Shown in pieces: positions 17,621 to 27,590 of a DNA stretch of 64,000 nt. The translations under genes and the position numbers were made by a program. Every line of letters begins with the position of its first letter. Within the stretch, counting starts at the first letter, position 1. The stretch covers positions 124,001 to 188,000 of the IMG/VR virus record IMGVR_UViG_3300029993_000005; one strand, 5' to 3'. The notes beneath the pieces are model-generated. The model was not told the DNA's origin. It was given only the letters and a program-made list of their open reading frames with translations, and made no database searches.

Positions 17621-18544
17621 ATGACTTTTGCACTTCCTCCTCTAACACTACCCGCAGATATTATTGCCAAACAAGCAGCAATACAAACACCTCCAGGTGT
17701 TGACGCTGGATTCTACAACACCATTTTAGGTCTCTCAGATGCTGGCGGTTTATTTACAAATCCGTTTGCTGTTCACATCGCTGGATTAAACACAATCACC
17801 TCACAGCTGACGTCTATAGAGGGTGTTGCTGGGTCCGTTGGTGGTGCAGCAGACTTGTCCACTATCATGGGCCATGTATCAGATATGACCACGATATTTA
17901 GTAACATAGCTACCAATATTGTGCCAACACCTCTACCCATGTCTAGTGTTCTGTCAGCTGCTGTTACTTCAAGCTGTGGGTCGCTGCCCGATATCAATCC
18001 TAATGACTCGCAATGTCTAGCCCCGTTCGTCACGGCCCTAGGTGTTCCCCAACTAGGGCAGATAATGAATTTATCTCTGTCTCAGTATTCATTAGCGCAA
18101 TTGTGTGGAACGGTTAGTCCTACAAATCCTGTGCCTCTGTTAAATCAGTTTTCATCTATGTTGACTAATATGACAGCTGGTGCAACATCCTTTCTGTCTT
18201 CTACGGCTTCGATGGTTACTGGTTTGTTGGAGTCCTCAGTAGAGGACTTGGCTGGAGCCTTGGGAAGCGGGGTATCCTCTATTGAGAGTGCACTAGGTTC
18301 TTGTTTTGGCTCGCCTATAGCTAGTTTTGGCTCCAGCATGTTTAGTGCTATTAAGGACCAAATGTCTACAGGTCTAGCCTCGTCTATGCGCCACATGGTT
18401 GAAACTAATTATGCTATGAAGTTCATGATCACAGGTACGGACAGCACGGGTGGCGGAAGTTTTGGAGGCATTCTTGGATCAGGTGTTGCCTCAGCTATTA
18501 CGGACTACCCAAGTAACATAAATGTTGGACACATAATTCCGTAA
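17621..18544 (+). CDS. Hypothetical virion protein
   Basis: 307-aa Ser/Ala/Gly-rich ORF within baseplate operon. Confidence 0.5.
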   Translation: MTFALPPLTLPADIIAKQAAIQTPPGVDAGFYNTILGLSDAGGLFTNPFAVHIAGLNTITSQLTSIEGVAGSVGGAADLSTIMGHVSDMTTIFSNIATNIVPTPLPMSSVLSAAVTSSCGSLPDINPNDSQCLAPFVTALGVPQLGQIMNLSLSQYSLAQLCGTVSPTNPVPLLNQFSSMLTNMTAGATSFLSSTASMVTGLLESSVEDLAGALGSGVSSIESALGSCFGSPIASFGSSMFSAIKDQMSTGLASSMRHMVETNYAMKFMITGTDSTGGGSFGGILGSGVASAITDYPSNINVGHIIP

Positions 18545-18575
18545 GCCAGACCGAATTTTATAATAAGGATTAGTC

Positions 18576-18995
18576 ATGGCTACACCCCAGATAACTAACT
18601 TTGCTTTGAACCTGACAGGTGCAACCTGGATTGACGCAAATTCTCAGTTCACCGTCAATGGAATGCCTGATCGATTGCCCGATGTACTGGCTGTGCAAAA
18701 TTCTTTGTACAACATTTTTAACTGCGCAATAGGTGCAAGGGCTCGTATATTTCAGCCGGAATACGGCTCGATGTGGTACGAGTTTTTGCAAGAACCTATT
18801 GACCAGACAACGGCCAACAAAATGCAGATAGCCCAGATACAGGCTATTGCCAGATGGGAACCACGAATCACCGTTGATTTCTCTAACTCATACATCAATC
18901 CGAATCTGTCACTCCCTGGCTACGACGTAAGAATTGCCTTCTCTCTGAACTTGACATCAACCAAACAAAATATAACTTTTCAGGTGGTGGTTTAA
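18576..18995 (+). CDS. Baseplate wedge protein gp25/gpW-like
   Basis: NSLYNIFNCAIGARARIFQPEYGS...FLQEP...IARWEPRI. Confidence 0.9.
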   Translation: MATPQITNFALNLTGATWIDANSQFTVNGMPDRLPDVLAVQNSLYNIFNCAIGARARIFQPEYGSMWYEFLQEPIDQTTANKMQIAQIQAIARWEPRITVDFSNSYINPNLSLPGYDVRIAFSLNLTSTKQNITFQVVV

Positions 18996-18997
18996 AT

Positions 18998-20815
18998 ATG
19001 TCCACGACTTCAACAAGCTCTAGTTTAAATAGCCCTACGATGTTTCTAACGCTAAGTAATCTAACGGCGGATGTGGAACAATTCGTAACTCAGTTTCAGC
19101 AGTATCTTTTGACTCAGCCTACTTGGGCCGGGAACTTAACGACTCAAACGTCAGAGACTCTGGTTGAACTGATATCTACCATTGGTGTTTTTGCGCAGGC
19201 TCGTATCATACGTGAGGCTGAGGACGTGTTCTCAGAAACTGCTGAATCTGATTCAGCTATTTTAGCCATCACCCAAATGCAAGGCCTACGTATTGCACGC
19301 TATCTGCCTGCTGGTATGACGTGCACTATCACTTCGCCGGTAACAGTTACGCTGGCCCCCTTGACTCAATTTAGTTGCGCTGGAAATAATTTCTTTAACA
19401 GAGATGCACTCCAGCTTTTAGCCAATACTCCGCTGCTTACTACATTGTTCGAGGGTCAGATTTTCAGTTACTCGATGAACGGTTTGGGTACAGAGCATCA
19501 GACCTTTGTTTCCAGTCAGGATGGATTTGTTGTCTCCGACCAAGATACGATGGTGCAAGTAAATAATACAGTGGTACCCAAGTCTTATGGCGGACTGTGG
19601 AACTTTGACGGGCTTCCTGGATTTGCTGATATCACAATGAGCGATGGGCGCTTACTTATACAGTTCGGCAGCCTAGGTGGTATCAACGGTCAGTTCGCAA
19701 CTATTCCTCAGACCAATGATGTAGTTGTAGTTTCGTTTCCCGTAACTCAGGGTGCTAGCGGCAACTCGATTGTCAGTAACGGAAAGACATTAACAGTAAC
19801 TGGGTTTCCTTTGATTACTGGGACCGCTACGGCTAACCCAAGTGGCGGTGCAAACGATAAACCGGTAATTGCGTACAAGAACGTAGCAGCCGGTGGATTC
19901 GGTACCTATAGTTCGGCTGTCACCAAATCGCAATATGTAGCAACTATTGGAACCTATCCAGGAATTATTGATGCAGTAACGCAGGCTCAGCGTGAAATAG
20001 ATCCTTCGGACTACAGATGGATGAACGTCATCAGAGTTTCGGGCTTAACAACTAGCCCTTGGACACAGGCTCAGATTCAGACGTTCACGAATTACTGTCA
20101 GACTGTCACGATGTACTCCACGTATTTCCTGTGGCAGGATCCGATAGCGGTCCCCCGTGATGTCGCATTGGAAATTTATGTCTTTAACTCTGCCTTGTTA
20201 GAACAAGTAGAAGCAGCCTGTACTGTGGCTATCAATAATTTGTTTGCCCCGCGTCCCGGTATATTGATGACCAACTTCTACATCAGTGATTTGATAGCCG
20301 TGTGCAAGCAGGCTAACCCCGGACTTATTTCGTATATTATTCCGCAGGCACCTACAGGGTCCATGATTGTGACTGCGCCAGAAAGCCCGCAAATCACATA
20401 TGAAACGGTTCCTGGTGGGGGCACCCTGGGGCCATTAGTTTACGCCTACAGTATCAGCACCACGTTAACAAATGGTCAGGTCGGTATTCCTCAGAACTGG
20501 GTGTTTCCTCAGATCATTACAGAGATTGATAGCTATGCTGTGGTTCTGAACTGGCCTGCCGTATATGGTGCTGCTTCCTATCAAGTTTGGGGACGAGCAC
20601 CGGGTACATCTGAACTAGGGTTGTTAGCTACAGTCTCTGCATCCACCTTAACCTTCACTGATACAGGGGCTATTACACCTACGGGTACTGTTCCTACTAG
20701 CTTAGACTTTCCGATTCAGTACAATAGTTTGAATAGCTTAACCCTGACTGTTAATTACTCAGATCGTCAACAAAAGTTAATTAATTCATTACCTTCAAGA
20801 CTGTCCAACGGTTAA
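18998..20815 (+). CDS. Baseplate wedge protein (gp6/gpJ-like)
   Basis: Follows gp25; SGGANDKP...AVTKSQY motif typical of gpJ/gp6. Confidence 0.75.
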   Translation: MSTTSTSSSLNSPTMFLTLSNLTADVEQFVTQFQQYLLTQPTWAGNLTTQTSETLVELISTIGVFAQARIIREAEDVFSETAESDSAILAITQMQGLRIARYLPAGMTCTITSPVTVTLAPLTQFSCAGNNFFNRDALQLLANTPLLTTLFEGQIFSYSMNGLGTEHQTFVSSQDGFVVSDQDTMVQVNNTVVPKSYGGLWNFDGLPGFADITMSDGRLLIQFGSLGGINGQFATIPQTNDVVVVSFPVTQGASGNSIVSNGKTLTVTGFPLITGTATANPSGGANDKPVIAYKNVAAGGFGTYSSAVTKSQYVATIGTYPGIIDAVTQAQREIDPSDYRWMNVIRVSGLTTSPWTQAQIQTFTNYCQTVTMYSTYFLWQDPIAVPRDVALEIYVFNSALLEQVEAACTVAINNLFAPRPGILMTNFYISDLIAVCKQANPGLISYIIPQAPTGSMIVTAPESPQITYETVPGGGTLGPLVYAYSISTTLTNGQVGIPQNWVFPQIITEIDSYAVVLNWPAVYGAASYQVWGRAPGTSELGLLATVSASTLTFTDTGAITPTGTVPTSLDFPIQYNSLNSLTLTVNYSDRQQKLINSLPSRLSNG

Positions 20816-20833
20816 TCTAAGGACAACTAATAA

Positions 20834-22093
20834 ATGACTCAATATCTGTACACCGTAGATCCGCCTGGCATGAACACTCCGGCGGAGAACAAGAGACTGG
20901 GTTACAGAACACCCAGGTCAATATTGCTGCCACCCTATCTGCAGATAAACAACGATTACTACACCGAGTTTGTGAACGCAATCGATGTGGTGTTCGAGGC
21001 CGCAATTGATATTCCAACAGAGACTCTAGGTAACCTACGCAACATGTGGGTCACTAATCCGCTGCTCGAACAGCAACAGATATATGACTCGCAGATGATC
21101 GACTTTGGGGCCTGGTCTCAACCCGAACGCGATCTTTTGGTCAAGCAGGTTAATGCACTGGGTATGAAGTTGATGAATGCCGGTATCGTCACCAATGACA
21201 GCTATCAGGTCATTAGCCGATGGGTTGGTATGTACTGGTTTGGTAAGGGTACAGAGGCCTTCATCAGCTTCATTAACTACTGTCTCAGTTCATCGCTTGT
21301 TGTTACTACGTTGTGGACTCAGGACTACGTTAATTTTACACCAGCGGGTGACCCTACAATTGGCACCCCCATTTGGGAAGGTGGCCCTTGGTATCCGACG
21401 ACCCACGTTGAGATTGTTGCCCAAGGGGGCCTTCAGGGTCTTGACCTAGCAACTCTCATTTCATTCTTCTACGAGATTGCTAACTATAATTTAGTGCTCT
21501 ACGCAGTAGATCAAAGTTTTGATATGTGGATTGTTGATCATATAGCGCCTGACTACACATTAGCAACAATTGTTGCTGTTGGACTCTGGGCTAATAATTC
21601 GTTGGTTATGTCTAATGTACTGAGCTATGGTGCAGATGGTCCACCCACATTTAGCACTGCTCCACAGATGCCGACTGCTGCCTACTCGGTTGAACCAACA
21701 TTAGATAATTTTAGTGAAGTATATCTGTTAGCCCAACCTACGGGCTGGATTCAGAATACAAATGGACAGACCGTACCTGTCTATAATTTCCATGATCAAC
21801 CAGCAACTCTGGGGCCTATTGTCAGCCCAACGTTCATGGGCAATCAACCGGCTACTAATCAAGAAATTATTATGATTTTGGGACCCTTCTCCTGGATTGA
21901 GGTCCCAGGTGACACGCGAGGTAACGAGCGTATACCAGGTTTCGCCATGATACCTGTGCCCCGAACAGTTGCTTTGAACGAGCTTCCTGACCAGATCGTA
22001 GGAACGACCCGAAATAATTTATTGTGTAATCCAGATGGGTGGACCGAAATGGTTGCCGGTTCTGGACTCTATACACCTTACTGGAATACGTAA
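20834..22093 (+). CDS. Baseplate wedge protein (gp7/gpI-like)
   Basis: Position after gpJ; YWFGKGTEAFISFINY motif. Confidence 0.55.
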   Translation: MTQYLYTVDPPGMNTPAENKRLGYRTPRSILLPPYLQINNDYYTEFVNAIDVVFEAAIDIPTETLGNLRNMWVTNPLLEQQQIYDSQMIDFGAWSQPERDLLVKQVNALGMKLMNAGIVTNDSYQVISRWVGMYWFGKGTEAFISFINYCLSSSLVVTTLWTQDYVNFTPAGDPTIGTPIWEGGPWYPTTHVEIVAQGGLQGLDLATLISFFYEIANYNLVLYAVDQSFDMWIVDHIAPDYTLATIVAVGLWANNSLVMSNVLSYGADGPPTFSTAPQMPTAAYSVEPTLDNFSEVYLLAQPTGWIQNTNGQTVPVYNFHDQPATLGPIVSPTFMGNQPATNQEIIMILGPFSWIEVPGDTRGNERIPGFAMIPVPRTVALNELPDQIVGTTRNNLLCNPDGWTEMVAGSGLYTPYWNT

Positions 22094-23221
22094 ATGCCGT
22101 ACACTCAAGAAAGTCCAATCTTTTATGACCCTGTAGAACTGGTGTTCCGACCAATGGACGGCAATACTATCTTCACACCAGCATTGCTGCCCATCAGTGC
22201 TGCAATAGGCAATACGATTCAGATTTACGGTGATGGCATTTACGTGGGTCAGCAGTCAACACCTACTGATTACGTATCTTATTTTGTCAACACTAGTACT
22301 GGCAGTAATTTAAACCCTGGAACCAAGGCCCTGCCTTTTCAGTCTTTCGAATATGCTGCCTCCTATGTGCAGGCGCTGTTCCCCAATGGTTTATATAATG
22401 GTTACATAGTGATTCTTTTGCAAGCGGGGCAGACATTCCCCATGATTGCCGATTTCAACACCTATGGCGGAAATCTGAAGATCGCGTTTTACGGTGATCC
22501 TCAGTACGGTGATTATAATTCGGCACCTATAGGCACAGGTGCTGATCCCTCAATGATGAGTGACCTTGAGCGTCCAATCTTGGCTCCCGCAAGTTCTAGC
22601 CTTAATGCACAGTGGAAGATTGCAGGGTTCAACAAGTACGGTGGTTCTATTGACTTCATAGGTATCAGTATTCAACTCCCGGCAGCACCTGCTAGTCCTA
22701 GCCCAGGACCCACATTGTATGGTCCTCAATCAGATGTAGTTCGATGCCCCAATCATGATCAATCGGGTTACGCAACACTGATTGGATCCTTAGTCAATAT
22801 GACTGATCCAACTGCTTATTGGGGGCTCATCGGTGTACAGGCGCGCTCAAGTGGAACTACCTTTGTGCAATACGGTTCGCAGTTCTTGATCAATGGTCTG
22901 CAAATGAGTGCGGCTAATAGTCCAACTATTGCTCAGTTAAATGCTAGGAAATATTTCATCAAGTTCTATGCAGATTACGCGGGCAACAATCAACAATTGA
23001 TATTGGTTGGCAACACCACAGCTAATTCCTCATTTGCCTCAGGTCAGCTTAGAGTGAATTGGGCGGATGTTCAGTCAATGACCGTTGCCTCAGGTAAGAC
23101 CAACCAAGCATCTTATCCAATAGCATTTGACCTGACTTATGGCTTACGTACTTATGTCTACAACATAATTTATGACCAGCAGCAACGGCCTATCAACTTC
23201 TTGTGTGCAGAAGCCATCTAG
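22094..23221 (+). CDS. Hypothetical baseplate/tail structural protein
   Basis: YFVNTSTGSNLNPGTKALPFQSFEYA motif seen in tail proteins; operon position. Confidence 0.5.
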   Translation: MPYTQESPIFYDPVELVFRPMDGNTIFTPALLPISAAIGNTIQIYGDGIYVGQQSTPTDYVSYFVNTSTGSNLNPGTKALPFQSFEYAASYVQALFPNGLYNGYIVILLQAGQTFPMIADFNTYGGNLKIAFYGDPQYGDYNSAPIGTGADPSMMSDLERPILAPASSSLNAQWKIAGFNKYGGSIDFIGISIQLPAAPASPSPGPTLYGPQSDVVRCPNHDQSGYATLIGSLVNMTDPTAYWGLIGVQARSSGTTFVQYGSQFLINGLQMSAANSPTIAQLNARKYFIKFYADYAGNNQQLILVGNTTANSSFASGQLRVNWADVQSMTVASGKTNQASYPIAFDLTYGLRTYVYNIIYDQQQRPINFLCAEAI

Positions 23222-23348
23222 CGATTCAGGTGCAACCAAATCAAGAACTGATGTGTATGTGTCATTCATATACGTGATACCGGAAAATAAAATTCCAAGT
23301 TGAGGGCTGACTTGAAACTCTTACAAACAATTATTAGAGGCTACTGAT

Positions 23349-25067
23349 ATGTCAGGTGGAACACCAGTTTTTGTCATAACCGATCTAGGATTAGCAGTAG
23401 CCTCGACTGCTGCTCCTACTGGCCCATTTATTTCGTTAACTTCCTTCGCTATTGGTAGTGCTTTTGGTTATACCCCAGAGCCTACTGACACAGGATTGAA
23501 TGGAACGCTTTTATACACAGGTGTTCCAACATCATATGAAAATATAGGCAACAATACGCTCAACATTATTTGTAATTTACCTCCGGGTACGGGTCCCTTT
23601 CAATTTGGTGAGGTGGCCCTGTACCTGGCTGGTGGCACAATGTTTGCGAAAGCTGTATTCGACACGCCCCAACAGCAATATAGTTCTCTAGGTTCAAATG
23701 TAATATCGTCCTACACCTTCAACTGTTTGATCAAGCTTCAACAATCAACGGCCGTGTTCCAGATCGATACTATCTGTGCCCCACCCACACTTTGGAATGC
23801 TTATCAATGGTCTGATATTTATCCACCCGAACTATCGGCCAACCCTGATATTCCATTGGTTATGTGTGCTGAGCTGAGTGAGCGTGGTGATTCAACGTTG
23901 TTGTCAAACACGAGTGCTTCCTTGTGGACTATTGACTCAACCTATGACTACTACAACATAGGGACGACCATCAATTTATTCCCGGTCGAGAATTCAACCA
24001 CCTCATGGGTGCAGGTACCGGCATCCGACTGCAATCCAGCAGATTTAACGGCACCCAATCGAAGATTCGTTATCAGAACTTACGAGGGTTATTTCCGATC
24101 AGTTTCAAGTGTGGTCACCGCCGGTTCTAATTATCAATTTAATTTGAATGTGACGAATGACGGAACCTACAATAATATCCCGTTGCCCGTAGCACCTGCT
24201 ATTGGTTCTAACATTGCGATCTTTAGAGACGATGGTGCGGTATTCGCAGATCAGATTGCAGGCGGTGGGACTCTAGCTACTGTAGGCAATCCTGGATTAG
24301 CTTACGGTGGATCAGGACTGGTCATGCCCACTGCCGGGGAAATAACAGCCTACGGTTTGCTCCATGGTCCTGCTGATGGCTCAACCTGGCCGGGTATGGG
24401 ACGCAAGCTTACCTCAGCTGATGACCTCAACGATACGACTTTGCCTTCCGGTTGTTACGATACTGCCATTGGGGCTTCTGGTGTTCCGGCTAATTGGCCC
24501 CCCGTAAGTTGGGATGGTATTCTGCAGATCGTGAACTACGGGACGATCACTCAGTTCTATAACCCTGAGGGCTATGGGGGGTCCAACACTGGTGGTATTA
24601 CTGGCGTGCCTATGTACTACCGCTCGTATAGCAACCAAGCAAGTGCCTGGTCTGATTGGTTCTCTGTTGCAGTGGTTGGAAAATCGTCACCAACAAGCTA
24701 TAATTTTGCACCTCAACTGGCGTCGACAAACTATATACCAAGCCCCTCTAGTGTGGAGACCTTGAATTTAAGTTTCACGGCTCCCTGTACTGGATACGTG
24801 CTGGCCTTTGGTACTGAAAACAAATCACAATTTGAATCCAACACAATAGGTCAAGGTTCAACCTTAATGGTAGTTTCTATCACTACTAGCGATAGTCTTA
24901 GTGCCTCAGGTCAGGACCATACGCAGTTGTCAAAGACGGATTATGCAAATCTTTTGGTCAATATGGGGACCACTATTACTATTGATTTAACAGTGACCGC
25001 TGATGCTGCAGGGAATTTCCCTCAAGCCTCATTGATTTTAGGCTACACATTCTACCCTGCATGGTAA
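23349..25067 (+). CDS. Tail fibre with baseplate-anchor (DUF3751-like) N-terminus and pyocin-knob-like domain
   Basis: ITDLGLAVA...GPFQFGEVALYLAGGTMFAKA; DLNDTTLPSGCY...YYRSY...WSDW. Confidence 0.7.
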   Translation: MSGGTPVFVITDLGLAVASTAAPTGPFISLTSFAIGSAFGYTPEPTDTGLNGTLLYTGVPTSYENIGNNTLNIICNLPPGTGPFQFGEVALYLAGGTMFAKAVFDTPQQQYSSLGSNVISSYTFNCLIKLQQSTAVFQIDTICAPPTLWNAYQWSDIYPPELSANPDIPLVMCAELSERGDSTLLSNTSASLWTIDSTYDYYNIGTTINLFPVENSTTSWVQVPASDCNPADLTAPNRRFVIRTYEGYFRSVSSVVTAGSNYQFNLNVTNDGTYNNIPLPVAPAIGSNIAIFRDDGAVFADQIAGGGTLATVGNPGLAYGGSGLVMPTAGEITAYGLLHGPADGSTWPGMGRKLTSADDLNDTTLPSGCYDTAIGASGVPANWPPVSWDGILQIVNYGTITQFYNPEGYGGSNTGGITGVPMYYRSYSNQASAWSDWFSVAVVGKSSPTSYNFAPQLASTNYIPSPSSVETLNLSFTAPCTGYVLAFGTENKSQFESNTIGQGSTLMVVSITTSDSLSASGQDHTQLSKTDYANLLVNMGTTITIDLTVTADAAGNFPQASLILGYTFYPAW

Positions 25068-25108
25068 GTAGATTGAGGTGAGTAATTAGACTTTTGCTAG
25101 ATAAAAAT

Positions 25109-25145
25109 AAAGGCCAGATTCCACGGTTAGGAATCTGGCCTTTTT
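25109..25145. terminator. Bidirectional Rho-independent terminator between convergent operons
   Basis: AAAGGCCAGATTCC-ACGGTTA-GGAATCTGGCCTTTTT. Confidence 0.9.
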
Positions 25146-25161
25146 CACCTTTTAAATCATT

Positions 25162-25572
25162 TCACAACGGAGTATTTGGTACATAGTACAGTCGCCCCGT
25201 TATTGCTGCACCGCCCGACAAATTAGTATTAGTGAGTACAACGGTAGTAGTTGCCTGGTCCAACACCAACAAGCTATTAACGATGAACGTGTTGGTTACC
25301 GTGGAGGGCGGGCTAACGACAGTCACCGTTGTTACAACAGTTAAAGGAGCAGTTGTCTGAAGAATTAGTCCCGCAGTACCTTGACTCAGGGTTAGGCTAG
25401 ACGCAGCAGGGATGTTGAAGGCTTCGACTACTGATCCATTCGTAGCATCGAATGCAACCTGCGCAGTAGCTAGATTTCGTGTCACATGATTCTGACCTAG
25501 CCAGGCCCTAACCTCAGCGACCAGAGTATTCAATGGCGCGTTAGGCAGACTTGTTATGCAATTGTTTGTCAT
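25162..25572 (-). CDS. Small beta-rich virion protein
   Basis: Thr/Val-rich 136-aa ORF at end of fibre cluster. Confidence 0.55.
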   Translation of the reverse strand: MTNNCITSLPNAPLNTLVAEVRAWLGQNHVTRNLATAQVAFDATNGSVVEAFNIPAASSLTLSQGTAGLILQTTAPLTVVTTVTVVSPPSTVTNTFIVNSLLVLDQATTTVVLTNTNLSGGAAITGRLYYVPNTPL

Positions 25573-25748
25573 TTGAAACCTCTCGGGGCCTTAATAAACT
25601 GGGTGTTTCGGGCAACCCCGGGTCCGCCTGTACCTGATCGGAAGCCCATATTAAATGTAGATCGAATGCCTGTATTAATGGTAGAATTGGTCGGTCTGGG
25701 AACTGCTGTAGTGACTGACATCCTCATATTGCGTTCGGCTCTTGGCAT
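25569..25748 (-). CDS. Small basic hypothetical protein (59 aa)
   Basis: AGGA RBS before ATG 25748; TGA overlaps the next ATG (ATGA). Confidence 0.45.
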   Translation of the reverse strand: MPRAERNMRMSVTTAVPRPTNSTINTGIRSTFNMGFRSGTGGPGVARNTQFIKAPRGFK

Positions 25749-25756
25749 CTTGAATC

Positions 25757-27160
25757 CTATGTTGTGGGTAATTCTGCCACTACTTCTAAATTGAAATTGA
25801 TCGTACACAAGGCACCTAACAATTGATTGCATGTAGGCAACGTCAATCTAGATACCTGATTCGATTGTTCTGTAGTTGTAATCGTGGTGTTAGTCAAATT
25901 AGTTTCGGTGACATTCAAGAAATTTAGGGTTGGTGCACCTAATCTCTTGAAGGCGTAATTCACCATCATCTGGGCCGCATCTCCGTCAGATAGTCGGCCA
26001 GCCCAACCCAGTGAATTATTGTTAAACATCTCATAGTAGAACAGACATCTAGCCGTTGTAATACTCAGGTCCTCGTACTCGTAACCTGTGTACGAGGGTC
26101 CTAGTTCCCATTGAACCTCTGTTAAATTCAGTGTAAAGGTCCCTGGTGTTAAAGCCGTTGCTAGCTGTATCCTACAATAATTATTAGCACCAATGGTCTT
26201 ACCCTGGACTGATGGAACATTTATGGTCTGTGTGTAAAGGGTCCAAGCCCCGGATGTCAACGTAATTGCTGAGCCCGCAGTAGTCACCGTTGTTGAACCT
26301 GAGGTCCCGAAATTTTGATAACTCGTTGGTGTTAGGGTCATCGCTTTAGACGGGTTAGCCCAGAAACTAATAGTCGCAGTCTGTCCTGAATACGTCGTTA
26401 CATCGTTCACGGACTGACTGATATAGGGTGTGCCTGTACCCGCCGTTTCTTGCCACACAAAATAGGTTGAACTGCCAACAGGAAACGTCGTAGCGCTCCC
26501 TGTGCTTACCGTGGACCCATTGCTAAACATGTACCAGCGGTCAGCAATGAAGCCAGCCTGAGCCCCTGCAGCGGGCACTGATCGCTGCCAGACAATGAAG
26601 CGCCCGTTTATGATTTTGTTCTTTGGTTCATTGACGATGAAATTACCACTAGTATTAGGACTCACACCATTGATCGTCTTTACCAACTGTGTAGTCGTGT
26701 TCAATGGTGTGTAGGCCGCAACCCAAATGGACCATGCACCACTCACGTACTGACGTACATAAATAGAGCCGTCAAACGTGCCACCCAAGGCCGTAAACAA
26801 TTGAGTAACCGCTGATGTTGTGCCATTATTAGTAACCAACAACGTTGCATTGAGGGCTCCCGTATTTGTGGGGAACGTTCCTGATGCTGTTGATGGTGCA
26901 TAATAAAATCCAGTACTGAATGAGGTATCGAGATTTGTTATTGTGGCACCAACCCCAGTTATGCCGTATGTAGAGGCTACAGTAGTTGTGAGCGTTGTAG
27001 CCAGAATAGAAGCACTAGCCAATTCTTTAACTATCCCCGAACTATTTAAGGTCCATAAAGTACCGTCTGCGTAATTTATGGCTAACTGGCCTGCTGTTAA
27101 GTTATCTGCTGCTGGGGCAAGTCCCGGTGTTGAGTTACGAAGATGCAGGAGTTTTGTCAT
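25757..27160 (-). CDS. Tail fibre / receptor-binding protein with T4 gp37-like N-terminus, knob and CBM-like domain
   Basis: LHLRNSTPGLAPAADNLTAGQLAINYADGTLW; KNKIINGRFIVWQR...ADRW...VQWELG. Confidence 0.75.
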   Translation of the reverse strand: MTKLLHLRNSTPGLAPAADNLTAGQLAINYADGTLWTLNSSGIVKELASASILATTLTTTVASTYGITGVGATITNLDTSFSTGFYYAPSTASGTFPTNTGALNATLLVTNNGTTSAVTQLFTALGGTFDGSIYVRQYVSGAWSIWVAAYTPLNTTTQLVKTINGVSPNTSGNFIVNEPKNKIINGRFIVWQRSVPAAGAQAGFIADRWYMFSNGSTVSTGSATTFPVGSSTYFVWQETAGTGTPYISQSVNDVTTYSGQTATISFWANPSKAMTLTPTSYQNFGTSGSTTVTTAGSAITLTSGAWTLYTQTINVPSVQGKTIGANNYCRIQLATALTPGTFTLNLTEVQWELGPSYTGYEYEDLSITTARCLFYYEMFNNNSLGWAGRLSDGDAAQMMVNYAFKRLGAPTLNFLNVTETNLTNTTITTTEQSNQVSRLTLPTCNQLLGALCTINFNLEVVAELPTT

Positions 27161-27212
27161 ATTTTATATAGCGGGATCCTAAATCCCCACATCTCCTAAC
27201 TAAATTCTCTAT

Positions 27213-27440
27213 CTAGGTGCTCGTGCCTCGTCCGTTCATCCTCAGTAGTCGCTGTTCTTGTTCCCAATCATCGCGGCATTCTGTATTGCAGAATACGTGA
27301 GGCGATTTGACTGGCGTATCACAATAATAGCAGCTACCAGAGAATAATAACGTGCTTGACCTAGCACGATTACGAACGGCCTGTATTGCGCGAGCCATGT
27401 TTTCTGCCTCTGCGTCTTGAACAAAATCTAAATCATCCAT
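27213..27440 (-). CDS. TraR/DksA-like C4 zinc-finger protein
   Basis: MDDLDFVQDAEAE...CYYCDTP...FCNTECRDDWE. Confidence 0.6.
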   Translation of the reverse strand: MDDLDFVQDAEAENMARAIQAVRNRARSSTLLFSGSCYYCDTPVKSPHVFCNTECRDDWEQEQRLLRMNGRGTST

Positions 27441-27544
27441 GAGCCTAAGTCCTGTTTTAGTGATATTTTTATTGTTACCGTTGCCACTATATAAAATTAA
27501 CAGGGCACGATACTAACTTGTATCGTTCACCAATTTATAAAACT

Positions 27545-27573
27545 AAGGCCCCCTGTACAAGCGGGCCTTTTGT
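27545..27573 (+). terminator. Terminator-like hairpin with U-tract on + strand
   Basis: AAGGCCC...GGGCCTTTTGTT. Confidence 0.5.
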
Positions 27574-27590
27574 TAATTACTAACTTTGAA

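Noticed and set aside
23222-23348. Hammerhead-like ribozyme (CTGATG.. hairpin ..GAAA)
   Set aside because: Core reads CTGATGT rather than CTGANGA and stems I/III cannot be formed; only a simple hairpin is present.
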